Made by a program: the position numbers and the translations under genes
Shown here: positions 1-8,981 of the stretch, piece after piece
Layout: each line of letters begins with the position of its first letter
Numbering within the stretch: position 1 is the stretch's first letter
The notes under the pieces: generated by a model
The model's input: only the letters and a program-made list of their open reading frames with translations
What the model was told of the DNA's origin: nothing
The model's database searches: none
Source: an uncultured Bdellovibrionales bacterium
Lineage (GTDB): Bacteria; Patescibacteriota; Minisyncoccia; Moranbacterales; GWC2-37-73
Reading direction: 5' to 3'
DNA: 64,000 nucleotides
Assembly (NCBI GenBank): GCA_964609855.1
Contig: CAZSTB010000006.1
Coordinates: 365 to 64,364 of the forward strand

Positions 1-78
1 ATCGGATGCAATAATGCGCCGAATAACAATGGTACTCGCCTTAAGGCATGCGTACCTAATCTACGGGAGGTAGATATT

Positions 79-612
79 ATGAAAAAAGCACCTTATAACA
101 GAATTTCAAGCAAGTACCCTGCAATCAAAACAGCACTGGAGCATCTGCTTGAGAAAACCACCATTTCTGCAAGGGTAATTGGCGATATTGAAGAAATAAT
201 TAAACGCCAAATTACACCAGACGACCTGGAAAGAGTGCCTGAGGATAGCTTGCGCATCGAAGCAAGTGCGAGTTGTGAGGAATTCCCAGTCCATTTTCCC
301 GAGTATTTCAGAGTTTCGAGAACTCTCAAAGAGATCGTGATTATAGTGGCTGAAAACGGCGCAGCAGAAGTTTGCGCAGGGCTGAATAGCAAATATTACT
401 ATTCAGAGTTTGATGAAGAAGACAACGATGCTTCAGCCGAAGAAGGTTATTGCTTAAAGGAAGCCCTGGAGGAAATTGGGTGCTTCAAATACATCATCTG
501 GGCATCAATGGTTCGCGACTCATTGGTAGAGTGCGACTTCGTGGGTGATCCTCGGGATGTGACCGTGACTAACCGAAGGTTTAAAGTGGAAGTACTCATG
601 CCAGAAAAATAG
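79..612 (+). CDS. hypothetical acidic protein
   Basis: 177-aa ORF with an ATG start after an AT-rich region. No motif recognised. Confidence 0.4.
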   Translation: MKKAPYNRISSKYPAIKTALEHLLEKTTISARVIGDIEEIIKRQITPDDLERVPEDSLRIEASASCEEFPVHFPEYFRVSRTLKEIVIIVAENGAAEVCAGLNSKYYYSEFDEEDNDASAEEGYCLKEALEEIGCFKYIIWASMVRDSLVECDFVGDPRDVTVTNRRFKVEVLMPEK

Positions 613-838
613 CATGGGTTGTTAAACTGAGGCGTTGCAAGCATATTGCAGCGCCCTTTTTATTTTTACAAAAAATTATCAATTAAAACGCTTTATTCAT
701 AAATCCAGTACTAACCGTATTGACTAGCCAGCTCAGTGAAAACGGCTTTTTGTTTTGCAATATTATAATATAATTGACTTTTAATTTTTTTTAGTGTAAA
801 CTTATAAGTTCATTAAAAACTATCAAAGGAGCTCGGAT

Positions 839-1294
839 ATGAAAATATTCATTGATGCCACATTTAAAGGGGTAGTTAGGTTGATTGTTGATGGAATATT
901 GCTTTTAATGATAGGATTTATTTCTTCATCAGCCCTCGCTTTACCAGCAATAATGATACAGGTCATTTTAGTTTCAGTGTTTTTTTATGAGAAGATATTT
1001 CTTGCAGACATTAAAGGTGATAAATTGAGAGAAGAAATTGAAAGGGAATTTCCTGTTCCAGATGGCATTATAAGTTTTATAATCATCTTGGACTTCGTGT
1101 GGAGTAACTTAAGGAATTTAGCATCAATAACTTTTTTTACTCTCGCTTTTTCGGCAGGAATCGTTTTGAATGAAGCTATGTTAAATCAGATAAATATTAT
1201 TAATTTATTTTCGATTTGTAGCCTCGTTTTCGTCGCAGTTTTGATCGGTTGTTTTTCTGGAGCATTAATTGGAAATCTGATAAAACAAGATTAG
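839..1294 (+). CDS. hypothetical integral membrane protein
   Basis: 151 aa with several hydrophobic helices. RBS-like AAAGGAGC lies 8 nt upstream of the ATG. Confidence 0.45.
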   Translation: MKIFIDATFKGVVRLIVDGILLLMIGFISSSALALPAIMIQVILVSVFFYEKIFLADIKGDKLREEIEREFPVPDGIISFIIILDFVWSNLRNLASITFFTLAFSAGIVLNEAMLNQINIINLFSICSLVFVAVLIGCFSGALIGNLIKQD

Positions 1295-1463
1295 TTCAAA
1301 ATTCTATTTTTGCTATTCCAATGCTCCTAGTCAATGCTTTGTTAAAGGTCGTCCCGATGCGGAACGATCTTTTTTATTTATAAATCAAAGCAAGCCGTTT
1401 CAATAAAAAGGGCTCTTATTTCATAGACCCAATGCCAACTATGCTCACTAGTTAGCTCAAAAA

Positions 1464-1495
1464 TTCAGAAGCACTCCATATGGAGTGCTTCTGAA
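1464..1495. terminator. 32-nt perfect palindrome (TTCAGAAGCACTCCATATGGAGTGCTTCTGAA) between convergent genes; likely bidirectional terminator
   Basis: Perfect inverted repeat in the gap between convergent ORFs 839-1294 (+) and 1530-1769 (-). Confidence 0.45.
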
Positions 1496-1529
1496 TTTGT
1501 GAATCAGATGTATTTTTGTTGCATTTTTT

Positions 1530-1769
1530 CTAACGTACGGCTTTTACGATGGCGATTAAAACAACAGCTCCAAGCAAGGCAACCAGCATGCTATATAGAT
1601 TGAAGCCTGTGACGCCGCTTTGCCCCAAAAAGCTCATGAGCCATCCTCCTAATACTGCGCCAACAATTCCTAAAACGATATCTAGAACTAAACCTTCATT
1701 GGTTCCCATAATTATTGAGGCTACCCAACCTACGATTGCACCAAAGACGATCCATAAAATAATTCCCAT
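1530..1769 (-). CDS. GlsB/YeaQ/YmgE family (transglycosylase-associated) small membrane protein
   Basis: 79 aa, Gly-rich two or three-helix pattern (GAIVGWVA...GIVGAVLGGWL) typical of PF04226. The overlapping plus-strand ORF 1549-1788 is judged spurious. Confidence 0.7.
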   Translation of the reverse strand: MGIILWIVFGAIVGWVASIIMGTNEGLVLDIVLGIVGAVLGGWLMSFLGQSGVTGFNLYSMLVALLGAVVLIAIVKAVR

Positions 1770-1804
1770 ATATTTTTTATTAATTTAGTTAATTTAATTT
1801 TTTT

Positions 1805-2164
1805 TTAATTTTTTTCTTGTTCGTCTAATTTTACGGCCGCTTCCTGCGTCGAAACAGTTTTGCCAAGTAAAAACAAATTAATGATGCCAAGCGCAATTAT
1901 CCAATATACGAACATTGCAAGAAGCGTTGTCCACTCAAAAACACTGTCTGCTAATTTTGAAATACGAAAGACGCTGAGAAATGGAGCAGTAAAAATGTGC
2001 GTTGCTCCATAGATGAAGTTAGTAAAGCCCGCATCGGCATTTGCGCCAAATAATTTTAGGACAAAACGAAAAGCAAGCAGTATCTCTAAGAGACTCAAAA
2101 GATACCAAACTATTCGTGTTCCGTGATAAAGAGGCTTTGTGCTGGGTGAGTTTGAGGAATTCAT
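1805..2164 (-). CDS. YggT family membrane protein
   Basis: 119 aa. Repeated LxxLExLLxFRFxLKLF / ...FTAPFLSxFR pattern resembles YGGT repeats. Confidence 0.5.
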   Translation of the reverse strand: MNSSNSPSTKPLYHGTRIVWYLLSLLEILLAFRFVLKLFGANADAGFTNFIYGATHIFTAPFLSVFRISKLADSVFEWTTLLAMFVYWIIALGIINLFLLGKTVSTQEAAVKLDEQEKN

Positions 2165-2222
2165 ATTTTTGAAGAATGTTATTGAACTAAGAATTTCTTA
2201 AGCAGCTTTTTTATGACATAAG

Positions 2223-2390
2223 CTATATATCAGCTTTTCTGATGATTGTTTCCGAAGGTAAATATGCAGCTAAGATTTTTTCTACAAGAGAAGTTAAGCT
2301 TAACCCCTCGACAATGGCCTGTGCTTTTGCTTGCCGTAAGACGTGCGGTTTCAAAAATAAGGTTACACGTTGTTTTTCAATTTTAGTCAT
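2223..2390 (-). CDS. small ribbon-helix-helix (CopG/ParD-like) DNA-binding protein
   Basis: 55-aa ORF absent from the ORF track: MTKIEKQRVTLFLKPHVLRQAKAQAIVEGLSLTSLVEKILAAYL. Beta-strand then two helices, typical of an RHH fold. ATG at 2390, TAG at 2223. Confidence 0.4.
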   Translation of the reverse strand: MTKIEKQRVTLFLKPHVLRQAKAQAIVEGLSLTSLVEKILAAYLPSETIIRKADI

Positions 2391-2550
2391 ATTCCTAATT
2401 TGAGAAATTAACTATTTGTAGTCGTTGTATAGGTATAATTACTACTACATATACAAGCGGCTTTATATTTCAAAAAATTTGGTTGCTTTAAATTAAGTAG
2501 CTAGCTATTTTTAAAAGTAAAATTTAAATTTGTTGTAAGTTATCTTTCGG

Positions 2551-3597
2551 CTAGTTCATTTTTTTTCTTAGGTCTTTCTTTAGTATTTTCTTATAAATAC
2601 TCACATAGCGCTCAGCCATCAATTTGGCATTAAATTTTTCAAGAGCATGCTCTCTGCAAAATTCTCGCTGGACAGTGTCAATTTTCTTGACTGCCTCAAT
2701 CATTTCGTGAATATCTGAAACAACGAACCCTGTTTTTTTATTGAGAATTATTTCAGGAATTGAGCCTTTCTTGAAAGCAATCACTGGGCAGCCGCATGCC
2801 ATGGCCTCAATCAGCGTTAAACCGAAAGGTTCTTTGAATGTAACTGGATGTAAAAAACACATTGCTTTGCTCATGAGCTTGTTTCTTTCATCTTCATTGA
2901 CCTCGCCAATCCATTTTATATTTTCTGAAAGTCTTGGTCCGACGAATTGATTAAAATAGGGCATATCAATTTCATCAAGTTTTGCTGCTATAATAAGAGG
3001 AAGATTTAGATGAAGTGCAGTCTGGATTGCAAAATGGACACCTTTTTCAAGAGAAATTCTTCCGACAAATAAGAGATAACCTTCGTGGGAATTCGAAAAC
3101 GGGTAATTTTCCATTGAAAGTCCATTGTACACATTTCCGATTGCATTCATACCGGAAATATTTTTTATTTGTGATTTAGAAATTGAAATTAAAAAAGGTT
3201 TTTGTAGGGCTTGATACATGTTTCTGACTTCAGGCGTGAATGAACCGTGATAGGTCATAGCAACTGGCCTTTGGCAGATGTTAGCAGTTGGCAAACCGAG
3301 ATAACCGGTATGATCATGAATAATATCGAATTCATCCTGTATTTGATATGCCTTTCCAATATGCAGCATCGTTAAGATATTGGCTCCATATAAATCCTCA
3401 ATTCTCGCAGCTCGAAGTGCACGTGGGTATATTGATTCCAGCTTGGCCGATGTTTTGGAATCGCCACTGGCAAAAAGTGTGACCTCGTGCCCCATTTTTA
3501 TGAGTTGTTCCGTTAATTCATGTATTACGCGTTCAGTTCCGCCATACTTAGCGGGTGGAACACGTTCAATAATTGGCGCAATTTGTGCAATTTTCAT
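2551..3597 (-). CDS. glycosyltransferase family 4 (GT-B, group 1)
   Basis: 348 aa. C-terminal FKEPFGLTLIEAMACGCPVIA motif (EX7E region) typical of GT4 enzymes. Confidence 0.8.
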   Translation of the reverse strand: MKIAQIAPIIERVPPAKYGGTERVIHELTEQLIKMGHEVTLFASGDSKTSAKLESIYPRALRAARIEDLYGANILTMLHIGKAYQIQDEFDIIHDHTGYLGLPTANICQRPVAMTYHGSFTPEVRNMYQALQKPFLISISKSQIKNISGMNAIGNVYNGLSMENYPFSNSHEGYLLFVGRISLEKGVHFAIQTALHLNLPLIIAAKLDEIDMPYFNQFVGPRLSENIKWIGEVNEDERNKLMSKAMCFLHPVTFKEPFGLTLIEAMACGCPVIAFKKGSIPEIILNKKTGFVVSDIHEMIEAVKKIDTVQREFCREHALEKFNAKLMAERYVSIYKKILKKDLRKKMN

Positions 3598-3788
3598 AAA
3601 GCAATGTGTATTTTGGATTAATACAAGATTCAGGCATGTTTATTCTTTGCTTGCCGCTGTTGAGGTGGCTATGCGAATAGGGTCGCGGTAGAGCCAAGGA
3701 AGAGCTTAAGAAAAAACAAAGGAGTTTGCTTTATTAGCAAACTCCTTTTTCATTCTCTATCAAGCGAAAATCTAAGAGAAGATAGGTA

Positions 3789-4811
3789 TTATAAATTTTT
3801 ATTAAAAAAATCCAAGGTTCGCCGCATGAAAATATTTTGCGACACATAAAAGACATGTCCTTCACTTGGATATTCAAAATAGCTGACGTCTTTACCTTGC
3901 GACTTTAATTCATTTGCCAAATCTCTCGACCACTGAACTGGAACATCGGGATCAAGTAATCCTTGGTGTATTATTAGCGGTCGCGTGATTTTGTCGAAAT
4001 AATTATTTGCCGAAATGCTTTTCCAAAATTCGGGATTTTCTTCGTATGTTCCATATGTTTCCAGGAAAGTTTTTGCTGTTTCGGAAAAGTCATTAGCAAC
4101 CCAGCGGTCATAATTTTTTTTGTAGTCTGCATTTATCGGCGCAAGTAGCGCATAAGCCTGAGCGCTATTTGGTTTGGTTACCATTACATTAAGTGCAATC
4201 CCTCCTCCCAACGAATGACCAAGCATAAAGATTTTTTCCCGGTTTAAAAAAGATAGCTCAGATTTTTTCAGCGCACTTATTCCATTAAGCACGTCTTCTA
4301 CATAGCCAGTACGTGGGCGCACGTCATTATATGGATCCCCATCAGAATTTCCGTAGCCTCTGTAATCAGAATAAAATGTAACGTATCCATTTCTCGCAAA
4401 AAAATCTTGCTCTCTTTGCATCCCGCCTTGTCCGATGCGATAAGCCGCTGGTTCAATATAGCCATGATTTATAATAACGATTGGGAATGGTCCTTCGCCA
4501 ATCGGAATATTCATAGCACCTGAAATTTTCAGACCTTCGCTTTTATAAGTTATGTAGTGGCGGGTATATAAATTATTTTGTGTAATAATTTTTTCCAGTT
4601 TTAAGTCAGTTCCTTGAAATTCTTTTTTTGACATTTCAAGAATTGATTCGGGCCAGGTTTTATTTTGCGTATCAGGTTGCATAATTTGCTGATTTTCAAT
4701 TGGAATATTTATTTTCCTGGAATTATTTTCAGACCAAAAAACTACAAAAATAATTGCAGCAAAGAGAATTCCTAAAAACAGAAGAATTTTTTTCATATTT
4801 TTATTGACCAC
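3789..4811 (-). CDS. alpha/beta hydrolase (S9 peptidase/esterase-like), membrane anchored
   Basis: N-terminal TM helix. GHSLGGG nucleophile elbow with downstream Asp and His candidates. Confidence 0.65.
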   Translation of the reverse strand: MVNKNMKKILLFLGILFAAIIFVVFWSENNSRKINIPIENQQIMQPDTQNKTWPESILEMSKKEFQGTDLKLEKIITQNNLYTRHYITYKSEGLKISGAMNIPIGEGPFPIVIINHGYIEPAAYRIGQGGMQREQDFFARNGYVTFYSDYRGYGNSDGDPYNDVRPRTGYVEDVLNGISALKKSELSFLNREKIFMLGHSLGGGIALNVMVTKPNSAQAYALLAPINADYKKNYDRWVANDFSETAKTFLETYGTYEENPEFWKSISANNYFDKITRPLIIHQGLLDPDVPVQWSRDLANELKSQGKDVSYFEYPSEGHVFYVSQNIFMRRTLDFFNKNL

Positions 4812-4971
4812 TGATAATTTTGAATGAAATATTTTTAATTATTGCAGGATTGCGGTTTGCATCTATTATTACAAAATACTTAGAAAGGATATTTTCTAGT
4901 TTCTATAATAATTAAGCTTAACGTGATAAGATAGTTTAGGCAAGACATTAATACAGCTAAAATAGAAATCC

Positions 4972-5463
4972 ATGTTTTCGAAAATACTAGCTTTGTTTAC
5001 AATTCCAGGCGTTGTTGTTCACGAGTTTGGTCATCAATTTTTTTGTCATTTAATGAGAGTTAAAGTTCGAGAAGTTTGTTACTTTCGTTTTGGAAATCCG
5101 GCAGGTTACGTAATGCATGATCAGGCGGGAAACTTCGTTCAAGCTTTTTTTATTAGTGCAGGACCGCTTCTTTTCGGATCGCTATTTTCTGCTGTGATGT
5201 TTTATTTTTTTCAGTCTGCAGGCGAATTGGAATGGAGGATGGTTTACATGTGGCTGGGATTTTCAGTGGCGATGCATTGCTTGCCAAGTAGAGGAGATGC
5301 AAAAAGTCTCTGGCAACAGAATTGGTCTCAGGCGAAGAGCAATATCTTGGCAATTTTTGGAATGCCGTTGGTTTTTATTATTTGGGTTTTGAGTATGTTG
5401 AATTTTCTTGTTTTTAATATTAGTTACGCTATTTTACTTTATATGATTTCGCAATATATTTAA
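4972..5463 (+). CDS. putative membrane zinc metallopeptidase (HEXXH, DUF3267-like)
   Basis: HEFGH motif within the first TM segment. Polytopic small protein. Confidence 0.5.
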   Translation: MFSKILALFTIPGVVVHEFGHQFFCHLMRVKVREVCYFRFGNPAGYVMHDQAGNFVQAFFISAGPLLFGSLFSAVMFYFFQSAGELEWRMVYMWLGFSVAMHCLPSRGDAKSLWQQNWSQAKSNILAIFGMPLVFIIWVLSMLNFLVFNISYAILLYMISQYI

Positions 5464-5498
5464 ATTTCCGCGAAACTGAAAAATTTCTAGTATGAAAA

Positions 5499-5530
5499 AG
5501 AAGCAACCTGTTTGGATTGCTTCTTTTTTA
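5499..5530 (+). terminator. rho-independent terminator
   Basis: GAAGCAA-loop-TTGCTTC hairpin followed by TTTTTT, directly after the 4972-5463 stop. Confidence 0.5.
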
Positions 5531-5779
5531 ATAAATGGCTCACCAGAGCCACGATTCAATGATTCCTGAAAAAAATTGGATTGAAAATGGCTTATTTGAG
5601 CCAAAAGGCCATGTTTATGGTTGACTGCATGGCAAAAAAGTGCTATTATTGACGGTTGACAATATGAGCCAGAGAAATTTAAGGTAGAAATCTGACCTTG
5701 GAAAATGGCTTAGTTGACCCAATTGCTTGTACTTAAAAGGGTGCAATGCAAGCGTTGGTTAACCAGTAAGTGATACTAC

Positions 5780-6343
5780 ATGCGTATAATCAGGATTGTT
5801 GTGATCCTCCTTGCTATGCTAATGATGGTTTTCCCATTTTTAGCTTCAGCAAACGAGACAATAAACTCTGATACAAATATAAATAAAACATTACTATATT
5901 TTTCAAAATTAATCGGTTCTGAAGTCGAAGCTGCTGAAACCGTGGTTAGCGAGCCTATTGAAATTGAAACACCAAAAACCGAAGAAGAAGTGAAAAGAGA
6001 TGCGATTTTAGGCAAATGGAAAACCAAACAAGCTTTAAAATGGGAAAATCTGCCAAAAGAAAGTTTTACAATCAATGCTTCGGCCTACACTGCTGCTGCC
6101 GATGAATGTGATAAGAGCGATGGTGTAACCGCTTCAGGGCTAGTTGTGAAAGCCAATAGAACTATTGCTTGTCCGCCGGAATTTCCCTTTGGAGTAAAAA
6201 TACAGATTGCTGATATGGGTATATTTGTGTGCGAAGACCGCGGCGGCGCTATCAAGGCTAACAAGATAGATATATACATGGAAACAAAAGACGAAGCTTT
6301 CAAATTTGGTAGACAAAATCTAATTGCCCAAGTTGTAGAGTAG
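5780..6343 (+). CDS. 3D domain (MltA-like) cell-wall binding/hydrolase protein, secreted
   Basis: Signal peptide. C-terminal region with conserved Asp residues (CEDRGGAI...IDIY) typical of the 3D domain (YuiC/YabE-like). Confidence 0.65.
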   Translation: MRIIRIVVILLAMLMMVFPFLASANETINSDTNINKTLLYFSKLIGSEVEAAETVVSEPIEIETPKTEEEVKRDAILGKWKTKQALKWENLPKESFTINASAYTAAADECDKSDGVTASGLVVKANRTIACPPEFPFGVKIQIADMGIFVCEDRGGAIKANKIDIYMETKDEAFKFGRQNLIAQVVE

Positions 6344-6348
6344 CTGCT

Positions 6349-6381
6349 AAAAATACCCCTATTGCAGGGGTATTTTTTGTT
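6349..6381 (+). terminator. rho-independent terminator
   Basis: AAATACCCCTATTGCAGGGGTATTTTTTG hairpin plus T-tract. Confidence 0.55.
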
Positions 6382-6480
6382 TTCAATTGACTTGGGGTGC
6401 GGATTTTGATAAGCTTATTAGGTGCAGCAGCCAGCCGCATGATTGAGTGTCAATTGTAAACTTGCGCTCAGTGAAAAAAA

Positions 6481-6551
6481 GGTCACATGGCGGAGTGGTT
6501 ACGCAGCGGTCTGCAAAACCGCGTACTCCGGTTCAATTCCGGATGTGACCT
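6481..6551 (+). tRNA. tRNA-Cys (GCA)
   Basis: Cloverleaf by eye: acceptor GGTCACA/TGTGACC, anticodon stem GCGGT/ACCGC with loop CTGCAAA, T-arm TCCGG-TTCAATT-CCGGA. Confidence 0.85.
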
Positions 6552-6562
6552 CAGGAGATTTT

Positions 6563-6646
6563 GCCGCGATGGTGAAATTGGTATACACTAGGGACTTAAA
6601 ATCCCTCGGGAGCAATCCCATGCGAGTTCGAGTCTCGCTCGCGGCA
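6563..6646 (+). tRNA. tRNA-Leu (TAA), long variable arm
   Basis: Acceptor GCCGCGA/TCGCGGC, anticodon loop CTTAAAA, long variable arm, T-arm GCGAG-TTCGAGT-CTCGC. Confidence 0.85.
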
Positions 6647-6770
6647 CAAGATGAGATAAAAACTTCTTTGAAAAAAGAGGTTTTTATTTTTTTAAAACAA
6701 AATTGATGTTATAATAAAGCTAAGTTAAAATCATCCTTCATTAATGGTACCTTAACAACAGGGGGTTATC

Positions 6771-7313
6771 ATGAGAAATATCGAACGGACCGAGGCGTCT
6801 CAATTTTTGCGGGCAGCTCTGCTCGAAGCTATGCATTCACCCTGCAGTACAGTAAAAGAAGGAATTGTCATAGTCAACGATAACAGAGAAATAATTAAAA
6901 CGGGATACAAGCGATTTGCTTCTCAGCGTGGAATCCTTTGTCGTGGCGGTGGAGAATGTCACAAGAGGGATATGTGGACGAGCTGCCCTGCGGAGCATAC
7001 GTTAAGAGCAACTCTTACGAGCACTTTTCACGATGGGCATTGCTTGAATGAAGCTACGTTATATATGGTTTCTATTGTGGGTGAGCGATTTTATATCGCA
7101 AACAACATCGCATGCTGCAATGTTTGCGAAGCGATAGTCATTCATTCCGGAATTAAGGTAGCGCTTTGGTCACATGGAGAAAAAGTCGTCGGGTGCGTGG
7201 AACATGATACAGCTGATTTGAAAAGATTGAAAATCATGCACATCGTTCAATCTAATGTAAATGTTGGATTTCCGCTTGAAACTTGGGAATCTCAATTTGC
7301 GGTCAATGCATAA
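6771..7313 (+). CDS. cytidine/deoxycytidylate deaminase family protein (CMP/dCMP deaminase zinc-binding-like)
   Basis: CPAEH ... CCNVC spacing resembles the H(A/C)E...PCxxC zinc motif. Assignment tentative. Confidence 0.45.
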   Translation: MRNIERTEASQFLRAALLEAMHSPCSTVKEGIVIVNDNREIIKTGYKRFASQRGILCRGGGECHKRDMWTSCPAEHTLRATLTSTFHDGHCLNEATLYMVSIVGERFYIANNIACCNVCEAIVIHSGIKVALWSHGEKVVGCVEHDTADLKRLKIMHIVQSNVNVGFPLETWESQFAVNA

Positions 7314-7320
7314 ATGCAAA

Positions 7321-7356
7321 AGAGGGCTAGCGCAAAACGTTAGCCCTCTATTTTAT
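7321..7356. terminator. bidirectional rho-independent terminator
   Basis: AGAGGGCTA-loop-TAGCCCTCT hairpin flanked by A- and T-tracts, between convergent genes. Confidence 0.6.
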
Positions 7357-7369
7357 TTCGTACATATGA

Positions 7370-7930
7370 TTATAGTAAGGTGGGAATTTTTCGAAAATCG
7401 TCTTCAAACAGTGCGCGCGTCTTTTTATTTTGACGAGCCGCAGCTGGATGATGGATGGGAAATAATTTTACTGCCGTCTCACCGATGGATACTTCGAAGA
7501 TTTTTCCATGTACTTGAGAAATTTTAGCATCAGGTAAAAAACAATTCAAAGCAAATCGACCAAGTGTTATGATTATTTTAGGATTGATTATCGCTATTTG
7601 TTTTTCGAGCAGGGGAATGCAAGCAGCAATTTCTTCCGCAAGTGGATCTCGATTTTCTGGCGGTCTACATTTTAAAATATTCGTCAGGTAAACATCGTCT
7701 CGCTTCAAATTTATTGATGCAAGCATTTTATCTAAAATTTTACCACTACTGCCAACAAAGGGAATTCCTGTTTCAGCCTCTTTTTTCCCAGGAGCTTCGC
7801 CGATAAACATTACTTCAGCATCGGTATTACCAGATCCAAAAACTAAAGCTGCTGAATTGCATTTAAGAGGACATCCTGTACAGCCGGAAAGTGTTAATTT
7901 TAAACTGTTTAATTTTTCTTGTTTATTCAT
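7370..7930 (-). CDS. udg: uracil-DNA glycosylase, family 4
   Basis: GEAPG motif, N-terminal CxxCxxxC Fe-S cysteines, and TNILKCRPP motif. Confidence 0.85.
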   Translation of the reverse strand: MNKQEKLNSLKLTLSGCTGCPLKCNSAALVFGSGNTDAEVMFIGEAPGKKEAETGIPFVGSSGKILDKMLASINLKRDDVYLTNILKCRPPENRDPLAEEIAACIPLLEKQIAIINPKIIITLGRFALNCFLPDAKISQVHGKIFEVSIGETAVKLFPIHHPAAARQNKKTRALFEDDFRKIPTLL

Positions 7931-7961
7931 GATCTAATAATATCTCAATAATTTCAATAAG

Positions 7962-7990
7962 AAAAGCGCCCGACTGGGCGCTTTGGGAGA
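7962..7990 (-). terminator. rho-independent terminator for the 8004-8981 gene
   Basis: GCGCCCGACTGGGCGC hairpin. T-tract on the minus strand. Confidence 0.5.
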
Positions 7991-8003
7991 AATTTACTTT
8001 TGT

Positions 8004-8981
8004 TTATTTGATGGTATATTTTGAAACTTTACTTTTTTTGTTAGTTTTCTGGTCTACGGCGTACCAGAAATATTTTCCCGCCGGTTTGTTGGCCACATAA
8101 TCTATACTGAATGAACCTTTAGGGCTCGTTGATACCTCGACTGGTGAGTAGTAGCCGCCTGATGTTTTTGAGAAGTAAACAAGCACAGTACTGTTTTTGG
8201 AAAATCTTTTGCCGCGCTGTGTCATTAGGGCCCCTCTGGAAACATTTTTTGCAGAAACTGAGATTTGTCGTAGAGGTTGATAGGTAACATGCTTTTTTAT
8301 TATTTCAGAAGTTGCTCCACTAGCATCTTTAAGTTTAAGGTAAAATTTATATTGCTTAGCCTCTGAATCCAAATCAATTGAAATAGAATCATCGATAGTT
8401 TTCCAAGATGCGCCTTTGAAATTAGATTTTTCTGATAGCATGTAATGTGTCGCTTCTCCGTAATTTTCGAGCTTCATCGTCAGTTCTCTTTCCGAGGTCT
8501 TTTTGACTGATTCATCTTCATCCTCAATGGATACTGATAATTTTGAAAAATCATTGATAATTTGAAGTTCACTTTTGGTTTCATCCGAGGCAATATTAGA
8601 AGCTATATCTGTTACTGTTGCAGTTACTTCATAAATGCCTATTGGCAAAGTAGAAATTGTATTATCAGCAATCTCCCATGTTTGCCAAGTGCCGGTAACT
8701 GCATTTTGATTGGTGATTGAAGTCGCATTTCCTTGCCAGACGCTTGCCCCGCTTGAATTGAATATTGCTACTTGAATACTTGTTACCGGACCATGCAAAT
8801 ATTCACCTCTTAGTGCAGGATTTTTATCAGTAGTTTTTATAGCCTGAATTTTAACCTGCGGAGGCGTAATATGGTCATATCCATAACCGATAGCAACATT
8901 CTCATCGCTAAATTTATCGAAAGCAGTTAAAACTCCTGTAAACATTAAGATGGTGAGAATCGTTTTTGCTTGTGCGTTCAT
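8004..8981 (-). CDS. secreted protein, probable Ig-like/beta-rich domains
   Basis: Signal peptide. Ser/Thr-rich beta-strand pattern. No catalytic motif. Confidence 0.5.
   Translation of the reverse strand: MNAQAKTILTILMFTGVLTAFDKFSDENVAIGYGYDHITPPQVKIQAIKTTDKNPALRGEYLHGPVTSIQVAIFNSSGASVWQGNATSITNQNAVTGTWQTWEIADNTISTLPIGIYEVTATVTDIASNIASDETKSELQIINDFSKLSVSIEDEDESVKKTSERELTMKLENYGEATHYMLSEKSNFKGASWKTIDDSISIDLDSEAKQYKFYLKLKDASGATSEIIKKHVTYQPLRQISVSAKNVSRGALMTQRGKRFSKNSTVLVYFSKTSGGYYSPVEVSTSPKGSFSIDYVANKPAGKYFWYAVDQKTNKKSKVSKYTIK

Noticed and set aside
1549-1788. 79-aa plus-strand ORF antisense to the GlsB/YmgE gene
   Set aside because: Pro/Thr/Lys-rich low-complexity translation. It is the mirror frame of a well-formed Gly-rich membrane protein on the other strand.
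6443-6706. 87-aa plus-strand ORF in the ORF track
   Set aside because: It spans the tRNA-Cys and tRNA-Leu genes, so the reading frame is an artefact of the tRNA sequences.
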